NCBI GenBank assembly: GCA_947084835.1
Contig: CAMTUB010000009.1
Span: 21,534 to 85,533 of the forward strand
Source of the DNA: an uncultured Bacteroidota bacterium
GTDB lineage: Bacteria > Bacteroidota > Bacteroidia > UBA7662 > CAMTUB01
Length of the DNA: 64,000 nt
Direction: 5' to 3'
A program made the position numbers and the translations under genes. Every line of letters begins with the position of its first letter. Positions within the stretch are counted from its first letter, which is position 1. Under the pieces are notes generated by a model. It made no database searches. It had not been told where the DNA came from and saw only the letters and a program-made list of their open reading frames with translations. This document shows positions 10,543 to 19,948 of this stretch, one piece after another.

Positions 10543-11328
10543 TTATTTAAAACCATTTTTAATTGTAGTTATTAGATTTACTGTACTTGAAAATCCTAAC
10601 TTCTTTAATATTCTTTTTCTGTGAGTAGAAACCGTTTCATTAGCTATTCCTAATAACTTACCAATTTCTTGAGTTGATTTTGCGTTAATAATTAAATAGA
10701 AAATTTCTCTTTCTCTATCCGTTAATCTATCTACAGCAAGCTCAAATTCATCATCAAAAAGTTTTACATCAATAAAAGTTTGTTTTCCATTTAAGCCAAT
10801 AAAAGAAAGTGTTGGAATGCCCGTGGGTTTTATATCTGTAATGTCGGTATGTACTCCAAATATTTTGGTGATAATTCCATTCGGATCAGTTTGAACTGGA
10901 ATAACTTCTTGCATAATTCGGATATAACTATCATCCTTAACTCTTACTCTTAAATCAAATCTGATTTTATAATTATAAATATCTTTAGGATTTAAAGCTG
11001 AAAGAAACATAATTGTTTTTTTAATGTGCAATCTGTAGTAAGGCCTGTCTTCTGGATGTATTAATGATAAGGCTATGTCGTAATTTAATTGATGCGAAAA
11101 ATAACCAATTATTCGTTTAACATCTTTACTAATAAAATCGAATTTTCTGTTAATGGGTGAGAAAATGAAATAATAAAAATCTCCCTTCTGAAAAAAAGTC
11201 AACAATTTTTCATGAATATCAAGGTTTTGAATCAGATTAAAAGATTCTGAATTTTCAATACCTAGTTGCTGATTCCAAGACCCTATGATGTTTTTTAATA
11301 AACCTAATTTCACAATATTTAATTGCAA
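10543..11328 (-). CDS. PAS-domain LuxR-family transcriptional regulator
   Basis: C-terminal HTH_LuxR (LTDREREIFYLIINAKSTQEIGKLLGIANETVSTHRKRILKKLG). The N-terminal ~170 aa are PAS-like. Confidence 0.75.
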   Translation of the reverse strand: MQLNIVKLGLLKNIIGSWNQQLGIENSESFNLIQNLDIHEKLLTFFQKGDFYYFIFSPINRKFDFISKDVKRIIGYFSHQLNYDIALSLIHPEDRPYYRLHIKKTIMFLSALNPKDIYNYKIRFDLRVRVKDDSYIRIMQEVIPVQTDPNGIITKIFGVHTDITDIKPTGIPTLSFIGLNGKQTFIDVKLFDDEFELAVDRLTDREREIFYLIINAKSTQEIGKLLGIANETVSTHRKRILKKLGFSSTVNLITTIKNGFK

Positions 11329-11372
11329 TAAAAGTACAATATTATTGTGAAATTAGCCTTATTAAGATTAAA

Positions 11373-12908
11373 TTAATATTTTATGAAATCTAGGGAGTGA
11401 GTTAACCTTTCAGCAATTTCTTTTTTTCCAAGCAATTGTGCCATTTCAAAAATGGCAGGCCCAGAACCAACTCCAGAAATCGCTAGTCTAAAAGCCTGAA
11501 TAACTTGGCCTGATTTAACTCCATTTTTATCGCATGATGCCTTGAAAATATCTTCAAATTGCTGTGCATTTAGCTCTTCAGAAGCTATATTAATTTCTTC
11601 TAAAATACTAGAAATCACTGCCTTTGAACTGTTATTCCATTTCTTTTCAACTACAACTTGTTCGTAGGTTTGTGGTGCTTCAAAAAAGAACATAGATGTT
11701 GACCAACAATCTGTAACAACTACCCAACGTTCTTTCATTAATCTGCAAACCTCTTGTAAATACTCCATTGAATAATCGAAACCTTTATTTTTTAATTCAG
11801 GCATTAACATACTTGCTAGGACTTCATCGGAAGTGTTTTTAAGATATTGAGAGTTAAACCAATTTAATTTTCCAAAATCATAACGTGCCCCGTGCTTATG
11901 TACTCTTTCTAACGAGAATTCTTGAATTAACTCGTCCATTGAAAAAATTTCTCTATGATCGCCTGGATTCCATCCAAGAAAAGCTAAGAAATTTATATAC
12001 GCTTCTGGAAAATAACCCACTTCGCGGTATCCCAAAGTAAGCTCTTTAGTTTCTGGGCTTACCCAGTTAATGGCATAAAAAGGAAGACCTAAACGGTCAC
12101 CATCGCGTTTGCTTAATTTACCATCTCCGTCTGGTTTTAGCAGCAAGGGTAAATGTGCAAATTCAGGGATACTGTCTTCCCATCCAAAAGCTTTATAAAG
12201 CATAACATGCAGCGGAGTAGATGGAAGCCACTCTTCTCCACGAATTACATGCGAAATCTTCATTAACTTATCATCAACAACGTTCGCCAAATGGTAGGTA
12301 GGCATCCCATCGCTTTTAAACAAAATTTTATCGTCTAACTGTGAACTGTTAAAAACAACCCAACCTCGAATAGAATCTTTAACTTTAATTTCTTCGTTTC
12401 TAGGCATTTTAAAACGCACGGCATACGGTTCATTATTATCAAGTCTACGCTGAACTTCATCTTGAGGCAATGAAAGTGAATTTTTCATATTCACTCTGGT
12501 AATACTATTGTATTGAGGGGCAACCACTGTTGAGCTTTTTAAGCCCTCACGCATAATTTCTAACTCTTCAGGAGTATCAAAAGCATAATATGCTTTCCCG
12601 TCAGCAATTAATTTTGTAATATATTCTTTGTAGATAGGCTTACGGTCGCTTTGGCGGTATGGACCATAATCTCCACCTACATGTACGCCCTCATCAAACT
12701 CAATTCCACACCATTTTAACGACTCAATGATAAACTCTTCGGCACCGGGTACAAAACGCGTTTGGTCTGTGTCTTCAATACGCAGAATCATGGTACCTTT
12801 ACTCTTGCGGGCTAATAAATAGTTATATAAAGCTGTACGAACACCGCCTGGATGTAATGGCCCTGTAGGACTAGGGGCAAATCGAACGCGAACTGGCTTA
12901 TCACTCAT
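11373..12908 (-). CDS. gltX: Glutamate--tRNA ligase
   Basis: 511-aa ORF. RVRFAPSPTGPLHPGG (HIGH-type) and KLSKR (KMSKS-type) motifs. Confidence 0.95.
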   Translation of the reverse strand: MSDKPVRVRFAPSPTGPLHPGGVRTALYNYLLARKSKGTMILRIEDTDQTRFVPGAEEFIIESLKWCGIEFDEGVHVGGDYGPYRQSDRKPIYKEYITKLIADGKAYYAFDTPEELEIMREGLKSSTVVAPQYNSITRVNMKNSLSLPQDEVQRRLDNNEPYAVRFKMPRNEEIKVKDSIRGWVVFNSSQLDDKILFKSDGMPTYHLANVVDDKLMKISHVIRGEEWLPSTPLHVMLYKAFGWEDSIPEFAHLPLLLKPDGDGKLSKRDGDRLGLPFYAINWVSPETKELTLGYREVGYFPEAYINFLAFLGWNPGDHREIFSMDELIQEFSLERVHKHGARYDFGKLNWFNSQYLKNTSDEVLASMLMPELKNKGFDYSMEYLQEVCRLMKERWVVVTDCWSTSMFFFEAPQTYEQVVVEKKWNNSSKAVISSILEEINIASEELNAQQFEDIFKASCDKNGVKSGQVIQAFRLAISGVGSGPAIFEMAQLLGKKEIAERLTHSLDFIKY

Positions 12909-12924
12909 AATTCAAAATTGGATG

Positions 12925-12932
12925 CAAAGATA
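12925..12932 (-). promoter_or_regulatory. Candidate -7 box (TATCTTTG) for gltX
   Basis: Exact TAnnTTTG on the minus strand, 16 nt upstream of the gltX ATG. It lies inside an AT-rich inverted repeat (12912-12941). Confidence 0.4.
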
Positions 12933-12974
12933 CAATTTTGATAATTTAGATTGGATTATATAGATTAAACTGGA

Positions 12975-13475
12975 TTAACTTTTGGATGTTTCTTCATAAA
13001 TTAACCTTTTTAAAGATTTATGATGAAATTTTACAGCACACGTTTTGAGTTGGATTTTTAATTCTGGATTATGCTGCTTTTTTAATCCCGATATATCAAA
13101 ATTTAATGAAGGGTAAAGTGAAATAAGCTCTGAAAAAGGGAAATCAATTACAAACTCTGCATGTTCAAATCCACTTTCATATGCATTGAGCATTTTGGGA
13201 CTCGGGATTTCTAAAATGAATATTTCTCTATCGAAATATTTAAATGGAGATTTCAATTCAAAAGTTGAAATCAATCTTCCACCAATTACACTCTCAATTA
13301 AAAGGCTTTCGTTTGCTATTAATAATTCAGCCTTCATGGCTTCATATTCTGTAATTGAAGAAACTCTGTAGCAAATATGATCGAGATGAAAGTTAGAAAC
13401 ATCAATACCAACTAAATCTAGTTCAATAAATAGATTTTCGAAAAAACAATCAGCTAAAAGGGAAAGTCTAACCAT
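12975..13475 (-). CDS. YecM-like VOC (glyoxalase-fold) family protein
   Basis: Colinear with E. coli YecM landmarks as I recall them: LDHICYRV, IGGRLISTFEL, GFEHAEFVI, VKFHHKSL. Confidence 0.6.
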   Translation of the reverse strand: MVRLSLLADCFFENLFIELDLVGIDVSNFHLDHICYRVSSITEYEAMKAELLIANESLLIESVIGGRLISTFELKSPFKYFDREIFILEIPSPKMLNAYESGFEHAEFVIDFPFSELISLYPSLNFDISGLKKQHNPELKIQLKTCAVKFHHKSLKRLIYEETSKS

Positions 13476-13485
13476 ATTAAATTAA

Positions 13486-13509
13486 AAAAGCACAAATTAA
13501 TGTGCTTTT
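13486..13509 (-). terminator. Intrinsic terminator downstream of tRNA-Ser
   Basis: AAAAGCACA-AATTAA-TGTGCTTTT perfect 9-bp stem, 5 nt after the tRNA 3' end. A T-run follows on the minus strand. Confidence 0.7.
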
Positions 13510-13514
13510 GAATG

Positions 13515-13602
13515 CGGAGAGAGAGGGATTCGAACCCTCGATAAGTTTTGGACCTATACACGCTTTCCAGGCGCGCTCCTTCAACCACTCGGACACCTCT
13601 CC
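13515..13602 (-). tRNA. tRNA-Ser (anticodon GGA)
   Basis: The reverse complement reads GGAGAGGTGTCCGAGTGGTTGAAGGAGCGCGCCTGGAAAGCGTGTATAGGTCCAAAACTTATCGAGGGTTCGAATCCCTCTCTCTCCG. It has a 7-bp acceptor stem, an anticodon loop CTGGAAA, a long variable arm and a GGTTCGAATCC T-arm. CCA is not encoded. Confidence 0.92.
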
Positions 13603-13636
13603 AATTTTGATGCAAATATATACCCCTATGCTTTGT

Positions 13637-14662
13637 TTAGTTAGATATTTCTCCGCAAATAGATTGTTGCATTCTATCTGAAAAATCTTTTGCAGCTAAT
13701 CCTTGACCTAATAAAAACATAATTTTGGTAACACAGGCTTCGAAAGTCATATTTCCCCCACCAATAACACCCATTGAAACTAAGGCACTACTAGTTTGAT
13801 ATTTCCCTAAGTTGACAGTTCCTGCATTGCATTGCGTAATATCTATAATTGGTATACCTTTTGCCGAAATTGCAGCAATTGAATCAATAAACCAATCGAA
13901 ACTTGGCGCATTTCCAGATCCATATGCTTCTAAAACTACTGCTTTAATTCCATTGCAGTTGCATAAGGCATCAATGTATGCTTTGGTTATTCCTGGAAAC
14001 AATTTCAAAACAGCTATTCCGCCCGTCATTTTTTTATGTACACTTAAATCATCCTGGGGTTGAGTTAAAATAACTGAACGATTATATTTAATATCTATAC
14101 CTGCTTCCGCTAAAAAAGGAAAGTTAGGCGATCCAAAAGCATCAAACTTATCTGAATTTATTTTACGTGCACGATTTCCACGCATAAGGTAATAATCAAA
14201 GTATATACAAACCTCTGGTACGATTGGATAATCTCCATCGTATGCCATAGCTATTTCTAAAGCAGTGATTAAGTTTTCACGGGCATCTGTTCTGATTTCT
14301 CCAATTGGCAATTGAGATCCAGTTAAAATTACAGGCTTGCCCAAATTCTCTAACATAAAACTTAACGCTGAAGAGGTATACGCCATAGTATCAGAACCGT
14401 GCAAGATTACAAAACCATCGTAGGCATGATAATTATCCTCGATACATGACGCCATTTTAACCCAAGAATCTGGGTCCATATTTGAAGAATCAATTGGATT
14501 TTCAAAAGCAATTGAATCTATTTCGAAACCAATTTTCTTTAATTCTGGCATTGCATCCATAATTAAATGCAAATCGAAAGGAGTTAAAACTCCCGTTTTA
14601 GGGTTTTGAACCATACCGATGGTTCCTCCTGTATAAATTATTAATGCTTTACCTGTTCGCAT
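13637..14662 (-). CDS. ansA: Type I L-asparaginase
   Basis: 341-aa ORF. TGGTIGM nucleophile motif and HGSDTMAYT; the motif Thr is Ser here. Confidence 0.88.
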   Translation of the reverse strand: MRTGKALIIYTGGTIGMVQNPKTGVLTPFDLHLIMDAMPELKKIGFEIDSIAFENPIDSSNMDPDSWVKMASCIEDNYHAYDGFVILHGSDTMAYTSSALSFMLENLGKPVILTGSQLPIGEIRTDARENLITALEIAMAYDGDYPIVPEVCIYFDYYLMRGNRARKINSDKFDAFGSPNFPFLAEAGIDIKYNRSVILTQPQDDLSVHKKMTGGIAVLKLFPGITKAYIDALCNCNGIKAVVLEAYGSGNAPSFDWFIDSIAAISAKGIPIIDITQCNAGTVNLGKYQTSSALVSMGVIGGGNMTFEACVTKIMFLLGQGLAAKDFSDRMQQSICGEISN

Positions 14663-15420
14663 TTTGGAAACAATGATATTGCATTTTTTGTAGTTATTTC
14701 TTTCACTTCCTGCGGTCCTTTTAAATATATTTCTGCCACTCTTTGTAGAATTAAATTCAAGTGATAAGGTTCATTTCGTTTTCCGCGATGTGGGGTTGGT
14801 GCCAGATACGGTGAATCTGTTTCTAATACAATACTATTGATTGGAATTTGTTGCAAAATCATATCAAGACCTGATTTTTTAAATGTTACTACCCCACCAA
14901 CACCTAAATAAAATCCTGCATTTATCGCTCTTTTAGCTTCAATTTCAGAGCCTGAAAAGCAATGTAATACTCCTTTAAGTCCTCTTTTCGCCAATGGTTC
15001 CATAATTTCAAGTACTTCAGATGTAGCTTCTCGGCTATGTACGGCAACAGGTAAATTTAAATCAATTGCCCATTCGCATTGTTGCAAAAAAATCGCTTTT
15101 TGAAGCAAAAAATCGTCTTGCTTCCAATATAAATCGATGCCTATCTCGCCTACCCCAACAAAGTCATGCTTTGAAAACAAAGCAAACATATTTGCTAAAA
15201 TTTCGTCTGATTTTGTGTTTACATAACTAGGATGTAAGCCCATCATCGGATAGCAAAAATTGGTGTACATTTCGGATAATTTTAGCATAGGTTCTATGCT
15301 ATCGAGGCCAATATTTGGCATTAATATTTTCTCAACTCCGTTTCTTTGTGCTTTATCTAATAAAGAAGTAATGTCACTTTCAAATTCAGGCAAATAAATA
15401 TGCGCGTGGGTATCAATCAT
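14641..15420 (-). CDS. TatD family metal-dependent hydrolase
   Basis: MIDTHAHIY N-terminus and conserved His/Glu/Asp positions (GEIGIDLYW, VAVHSR, LHCFSG, LETDSPYL). Confidence 0.88.
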   Translation of the reverse strand: MIDTHAHIYLPEFESDITSLLDKAQRNGVEKILMPNIGLDSIEPMLKLSEMYTNFCYPMMGLHPSYVNTKSDEILANMFALFSKHDFVGVGEIGIDLYWKQDDFLLQKAIFLQQCEWAIDLNLPVAVHSREATSEVLEIMEPLAKRGLKGVLHCFSGSEIEAKRAINAGFYLGVGGVVTFKKSGLDMILQQIPINSIVLETDSPYLAPTPHRGKRNEPYHLNLILQRVAEIYLKGPQEVKEITTKNAISLFPKCEQVKH

Positions 15421-16000
15421 TCAACTCTAAAGATTTAAATACGAATCCTTTTTGGGTATAATATTGTAACAACTGAGGCAAAATAACTTCAAGTCTATCG
15501 AATGCCTTAACGCTATCATGGAATACAACAATGTCTCCATTTCTAGCTTTTTCTATAACTTCAAGATAACATTCTTCAGGAGTTTTGTTAACATCAAAAT
15601 CTAAACTTAATAGATTCCAAAAAACAGGCCTATACCTTTCTTTTATTTTAAGATACTGGGCTGGTGTTAAACGTCCATATGGAGGTCGAAATAATTTTGA
15701 TGAAAACACTTTTTCGCACGCATTTATATCAGACAAATATCTTTTTAGTGGTGTTTTCCATCCGTTAAAATGAGAAAAGGTGTGATTCCCTACTGAATGT
15801 CCTTGGGCAAGTATGTTCTTAAATATCTCTGGGTTTTTAATGACGTTTTTCCCAATACAAAAAAACGTTGCTTTTGCATGGAAAATCTCAAGTTGTTTTA
15901 AAACAAAATCGGTTATTTCTGGTGTTGGCCCATCGTCAAAAGTAAAATACAACACTTGAGTATTGTTTCCAGCTTCTCCCCATAAGGCTGAGGGGAACAA
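15413..16000 (-). CDS. Polysaccharide deacetylase (CE4) family protein; true start uncertain
   Basis: CE4 motifs TFDDGP, GNHTFSH and RPPYG. The track start is a TTG. The frame is open for 11 more codons upstream without a canonical start (see finding). Confidence 0.85.
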   Translation of the reverse strand: MFPSALWGEAGNNTQVLYFTFDDGPTPEITDFVLKQLEIFHAKATFFCIGKNVIKNPEIFKNILAQGHSVGNHTFSHFNGWKTPLKRYLSDINACEKVFSSKLFRPPYGRLTPAQYLKIKERYRPVFWNLLSLDFDVNKTPEECYLEVIEKARNGDIVVFHDSVKAFDRLEVILPQLLQYYTQKGFVFKSLELND

Positions 16001-16047
16001 GCGCTTTACGATATTTGGAGTTCTAATGATGGTTTATAAAAATTAAA

Positions 16048-16067
16048 GGCAGTAATAAATTACTGCC
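16048..16067 (-). terminator. Intrinsic terminator downstream of the YugP-like peptidase gene
   Basis: GGCAGTAA-TAAA-TTACTGCC perfect 8-bp stem. On the minus strand it is followed by TTTAATTTTT, and it lies 8 nt after the stop at 16076. Confidence 0.7.
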
Positions 16068-16075
16068 CAATAAAA

Positions 16076-16747
16076 TTAATTTCTTCTTCCGTTAAGGAAA
16101 CTTAAATAATAAAGTAGTGTTGCTAATGAAGCTAAAGCTGCCACAACATATGTGTTTGCGGCCCATCTCAAGGCATCTTTTGCCATATCGTGGTCTTCTT
16201 TCCCAGTCATGTTGCTAGACTCTAGCCAAGCTAATGCTCTGCTGCTTGCATCAAACTCTACCGGTAACGTTATAAAACTAAACAGCGTTGTAAAAGCAAA
16301 CAGAATTACTCCTACAGTTAATAAAATCGGGAAAGTGCTTATGGTTAAAATTCCACCAATTAGAATAAATGGCATAATCTTGTTTGAAATACTTAACAAT
16401 GGAACCATAGAGCTTCTAAAAGTTAAAAAAGAATACGCTCTTGCATGTTGCACTGCATGGCCACATTCATGAGCGGCTATGGCTGCTGAAGCAATGCTCC
16501 GTCCGTTATAAACATCTGGACTCAGATTTACTGTTTTGTCCATAGGATTATAATGATCAGTAAGCTGACCATCCACTGAAATAACTTTAACATCCATAAT
16601 TCCATTATCAGAAAGCATTTTTTCTGCTATTTCTTTACCGGTAATTCCTCCTAAAAAGGGATGTTTAGAATACTCTTGAAATTTAGATTTAAATCTCCAT
16701 CCCACAAACCAACTCGCTGCCATAATGGCAATCATTAAAATATACAT
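16076..16747 (-). CDS. Membrane zinc metallopeptidase (YugP/Zn_peptidase_2 family)
   Basis: 223-aa ORF with HECGHAVQH and flanking TM helices. Confidence 0.8.
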   Translation of the reverse strand: MYILMIAIMAASWFVGWRFKSKFQEYSKHPFLGGITGKEIAEKMLSDNGIMDVKVISVDGQLTDHYNPMDKTVNLSPDVYNGRSIASAAIAAHECGHAVQHARAYSFLTFRSSMVPLLSISNKIMPFILIGGILTISTFPILLTVGVILFAFTTLFSFITLPVEFDASSRALAWLESSNMTGKEDHDMAKDALRWAANTYVVAALASLATLLYYLSFLNGRRN

Positions 16748-16792
16748 AGCTTTTTTAAGTTATAGGACTAGTAGTGCAAATTGTATACCAAA

Positions 16793-17764
16793 TTAAAAAA
16801 GGTCTTTGATTAATTTATCAACTTTCATTCCTTCGGCTTCAGCTTTGTAATTTAATACCACCCTGTGCCTTAAAATAGGAAGAGCTACCGCTTGAACATT
16901 TTCGATATCGGGTGAATATTTCCCGTTTAATATGGCATTACATTTTGCAGCAATTATTAAGTTTTGTGAGGCTCTTGGCCCTGCTCCCCAAGAAACATAT
17001 TTGTTTACCGCTTCGGTTGCTAAAGGATATCCTGGTCGAGTTTTACTTGCTAACTTAACAGCATATTCTAACACATTATCAGCAACGGGAACTCTACGAA
17101 CTAGTTGTTGAAAATAGAGAATCTCTTCAGCAGAAAACAAACTGTTAACTTGCACTTTTTGCACCCCAGTTGTATTTTTCACTACCATCAACTCTTCTTC
17201 GTAGGTTGGGTAATCAAGCCAAATATTAAACATGAATCTGTCTAATTGCGCTTCTGGCAATGAGTATGTTCCCTCTTGCTCTATCGGGTTTTGAGTTGCT
17301 AAAACAAAGAATGGCGAAGGTAAAGGATATTGTTTGCCAGCAACAGTAACTTGTTTTTCTTGCATCGCTTCTAGCAATGCAGCTTGTGTTTTAGGTGGAG
17401 TACGATTTATTTCATCGGCTAAAACTAAGTTTGCAAAAAGAGGTCCTTTTGCAAAAACAAAATTTCGCTGATCGTTTAATATTTCAGAACCAACAATGTC
17501 AGATGGCATTAAGTCTGGAGTAAATTGTATTCTACTAAAACTAAGATTTAAAGCCTGAGAAACAGTGTGTATCATAAGCGTTTTAGCTAAACCCGGTACA
17601 CCAACTAATAAGCAATGGCCGTTGCTAAAAATCGAAGTTAAAATAATAGATACAATATCTTCTTGACCAACGATTACTTTACCAATCTCACTTTTAAGCT
17701 GCTTAAAACCTTGATGAAGCTTGTTTACTGCTTCAACATCATCCTTAAATTCTTGTTCAATCAT
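16793..17764 (-). CDS. MoxR-family AAA+ ATPase
   Basis: Walker A GVPGLAKT, Walker B LADEINR, and a typical MoxR C-terminus (GAGPRASQNLIIAAK). Confidence 0.9.
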   Translation of the reverse strand: MIEQEFKDDVEAVNKLHQGFKQLKSEIGKVIVGQEDIVSIILTSIFSNGHCLLVGVPGLAKTLMIHTVSQALNLSFSRIQFTPDLMPSDIVGSEILNDQRNFVFAKGPLFANLVLADEINRTPPKTQAALLEAMQEKQVTVAGKQYPLPSPFFVLATQNPIEQEGTYSLPEAQLDRFMFNIWLDYPTYEEELMVVKNTTGVQKVQVNSLFSAEEILYFQQLVRRVPVADNVLEYAVKLASKTRPGYPLATEAVNKYVSWGAGPRASQNLIIAAKCNAILNGKYSPDIENVQAVALPILRHRVVLNYKAEAEGMKVDKLIKDLF

Positions 17765-19124
17765 TCTTTTTCAATTTTGTAGCCATGGAACAATGTTCGT
17801 ACTCACTACTTACTTTAATAAACATTCTTTCTTTTGCTTTTTCAAACCAATTATCGACTATTTGAGCTCTTTTTACGGATAAAGCAGCCGACTGTATTTT
17901 GCCATAATCTGTTTCAAGACTGGCTTTGTGTGGCGAAGTTCTAGATTTTAGATAAAATATCCTAAAACCGGTTGAGCCATCTGCCGCATGGTATTGTATT
18001 ACATTGCTTACTTGCCCTACACTTAATTTCTCGACATTAAACCAAATTTCGGAAGGCAATTGATCAACAGTAAAAAAAGAAGACCCAGAATTGGGATTTA
18101 AAAATAAACCTGCAGATGATTTTGTTTCGTCATCTTCAGAAAAATCTTTTACCGCTTTTTGGAAATTAATTTTCTCATCTTCAATCAAACCTCTAACACT
18201 ATCTAATATTGTTCGTGATTTAACAAAGTCTTTAGTGCCAACTGGTGGCTTAATTAATATATGGCGCGCATTTGCTCTATCTCCTCTTCTTTCAATCAGT
18301 TGCAAGATATGATAGCCATATTTTGTTTTAATAATATTAGAGACTTCGCCTGGCTTCATTTTGAATGCTGAGCTTTCGAATTCATTTACCATTTCGCCCC
18401 TGCCGAAAAAGCCAAGGTCACCACCCATTTTTGCTGAGCCTTGATCTTCGGAATATAAAACAGCCATTGTGGCAAAATTTTCACCTTTCAAAATTCGCTT
18501 ACGAATTTCGGTAAGTTTATCGATTGCATATGCCATAGCATCATCGTTTACTTTTGGGAAAATTACGATTTGTCCAACTTCAACTTCTGTATCAAAAAAA
18601 GGAATGCTATCTGTTGGCACTTTTTTAAAGTATTCTTTTACCTCAGAGGGTGTAATTTTGAGGTTACTTGTAAGTTTATCTTCCATCCGCTGTGACAAAA
18701 TTTGCTCACGAATTGGGCTCCTAAACTCCTCCTTTACTTCTAGAATAGACTTTCCGTAAAAGGTTTCTAATTTATCCACGCCCCCCATCATTTGGGTGAA
18801 ATACTTTATTCGTCTATCCAGTTGAGCATTAACTTCTTCATCGGTTATTTTAATACTATCCAACTCTGCTTGCGTCAACAAAAATTTATTCATGACTAAT
18901 TTTTCAAGCACATGGCATTTCAATTCAGTTGTTGGCTCCGTTTTAAGTTGATTAATCGCCTGAATAAATTCAGTTTCAACATCTGATTTTAATACTACTT
19001 TTTCGCCAACTACAGCCGCAATGCCATCAACCACTTTTTTATTGGTGTTTTGTGCAATTGTTTTATGTGTTAATCCGAAGAATACAAGTAATAGTAGCGT
19101 ATAACTATTTGGTTTTAATTTCAA
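17757..19124 (-). CDS. SurA-like periplasmic chaperone / parvulin peptidyl-prolyl isomerase
   Basis: Signal peptide, a SurA N-terminal chaperone region and a parvulin domain (GGDLGFFGRGEMVNEFESSAF...YGYHILQL). Confidence 0.8.
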   Translation of the reverse strand: MKLKPNSYTLLLLVFFGLTHKTIAQNTNKKVVDGIAAVVGEKVVLKSDVETEFIQAINQLKTEPTTELKCHVLEKLVMNKFLLTQAELDSIKITDEEVNAQLDRRIKYFTQMMGGVDKLETFYGKSILEVKEEFRSPIREQILSQRMEDKLTSNLKITPSEVKEYFKKVPTDSIPFFDTEVEVGQIVIFPKVNDDAMAYAIDKLTEIRKRILKGENFATMAVLYSEDQGSAKMGGDLGFFGRGEMVNEFESSAFKMKPGEVSNIIKTKYGYHILQLIERRGDRANARHILIKPPVGTKDFVKSRTILDSVRGLIEDEKINFQKAVKDFSEDDETKSSAGLFLNPNSGSSFFTVDQLPSEIWFNVEKLSVGQVSNVIQYHAADGSTGFRIFYLKSRTSPHKASLETDYGKIQSAALSVKRAQIVDNWFEKAKERMFIKVSSEYEHCSMATKLKKND

Positions 19125-19947
19125 TGTTATTTTTTGAGAGGGCCTTTTGATAAATTTTTTCTTTTGCTCTTTCTACATAGCTTGAACGTAAATTAAGCTG
19201 TAAAAGTTGTTTAGCTTGTTCGCGAGAATATGAATAAGGCGCTTGACCGCCTGACTGAATTAGCTTTTTTATGTATAATCCGTATACATTTAAAGAATCT
19301 GCTCCAACTAATACAGTCCCCACATGCATTTTTTCAATCCCAATTGCATTATTAAGCTTGCTCGATACAACTTCCATTTTTTGCCAAGTAGAGTCGTTTA
19401 AAGAATACTGCAACGAATATCTAAAAAAGTAATCGTCCATTTTTTTTACATCGCTAGCTTTTACTGTAGATAACAGCTTTAGTGCATTTTCATACGATGG
19501 TGCTTTTTTATCTAATACCACATACCTGCACTGCAACATGGGTTCAACAATTTGAAATCGCTCTTCGTTTTGAAGATAAAAGTCTAAAATTTGCGTTTCT
19601 GTCACTGCTGTGTCTGCTTTTTCAGCAAGATATTCTTCATAGGAATGCTGCAAGAGAGCTTGTTCATACTCTTTAAGTTTTTCTGCAAACTCTTTTCTGT
19701 CGTTGGGCAATTCTTGAACTGCTTCAGACAAAAATGCTTTTTCTTGTACCCATGATTCTATAAAATCATTAACCCAACGGATGCTATCCTGTTGGGTTAA
19801 TGATTTTGGAACAGCATCTTCTATTTGACTTTTATACAACACGTAATCGTTTACACGTGCAGATATACTAGAAACAGGGGCTTCTTTCGTAAATAAAGTG
19901 CACCCTGTTACCAATACTATTGCAAATAAAAATGCGAATAATTTCAA
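19105..19947 (-). CDS. Lipoprotein with SurA-N-like chaperone region (no PPIase domain seen)
   Basis: Lipobox LVTGCT. A helical, charged sequence. Sandwiched between two PPIase genes with a 1-nt gap on one side and a 20-nt overlap on the other. Confidence 0.5.
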   Translation of the reverse strand: MKLFAFLFAIVLVTGCTLFTKEAPVSSISARVNDYVLYKSQIEDAVPKSLTQQDSIRWVNDFIESWVQEKAFLSEAVQELPNDRKEFAEKLKEYEQALLQHSYEEYLAEKADTAVTETQILDFYLQNEERFQIVEPMLQCRYVVLDKKAPSYENALKLLSTVKASDVKKMDDYFFRYSLQYSLNDSTWQKMEVVSSKLNNAIGIEKMHVGTVLVGADSLNVYGLYIKKLIQSGGQAPYSYSREQAKQLLQLNLRSSYVERAKEKIYQKALSKNNIEIKTK

Positions 19948-19948
19948 A

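Noticed and set aside
12912-12941. AT-rich inverted repeat TCAAAATTG-N12-CAATTTTGA enclosing the gltX -7 box
   Set aside because: It could be an operator, but 9-bp A/T-only arms are easily produced by chance in this composition.
14393-14395. Asparaginase motif HGTDT reads HGSDT (Thr to Ser, TCT)
   Set aside because: It is a conservative change that keeps a hydroxyl nucleophile. I believe the Ser variant occurs in other type I asparaginases, so this is not evidence of inactivation.
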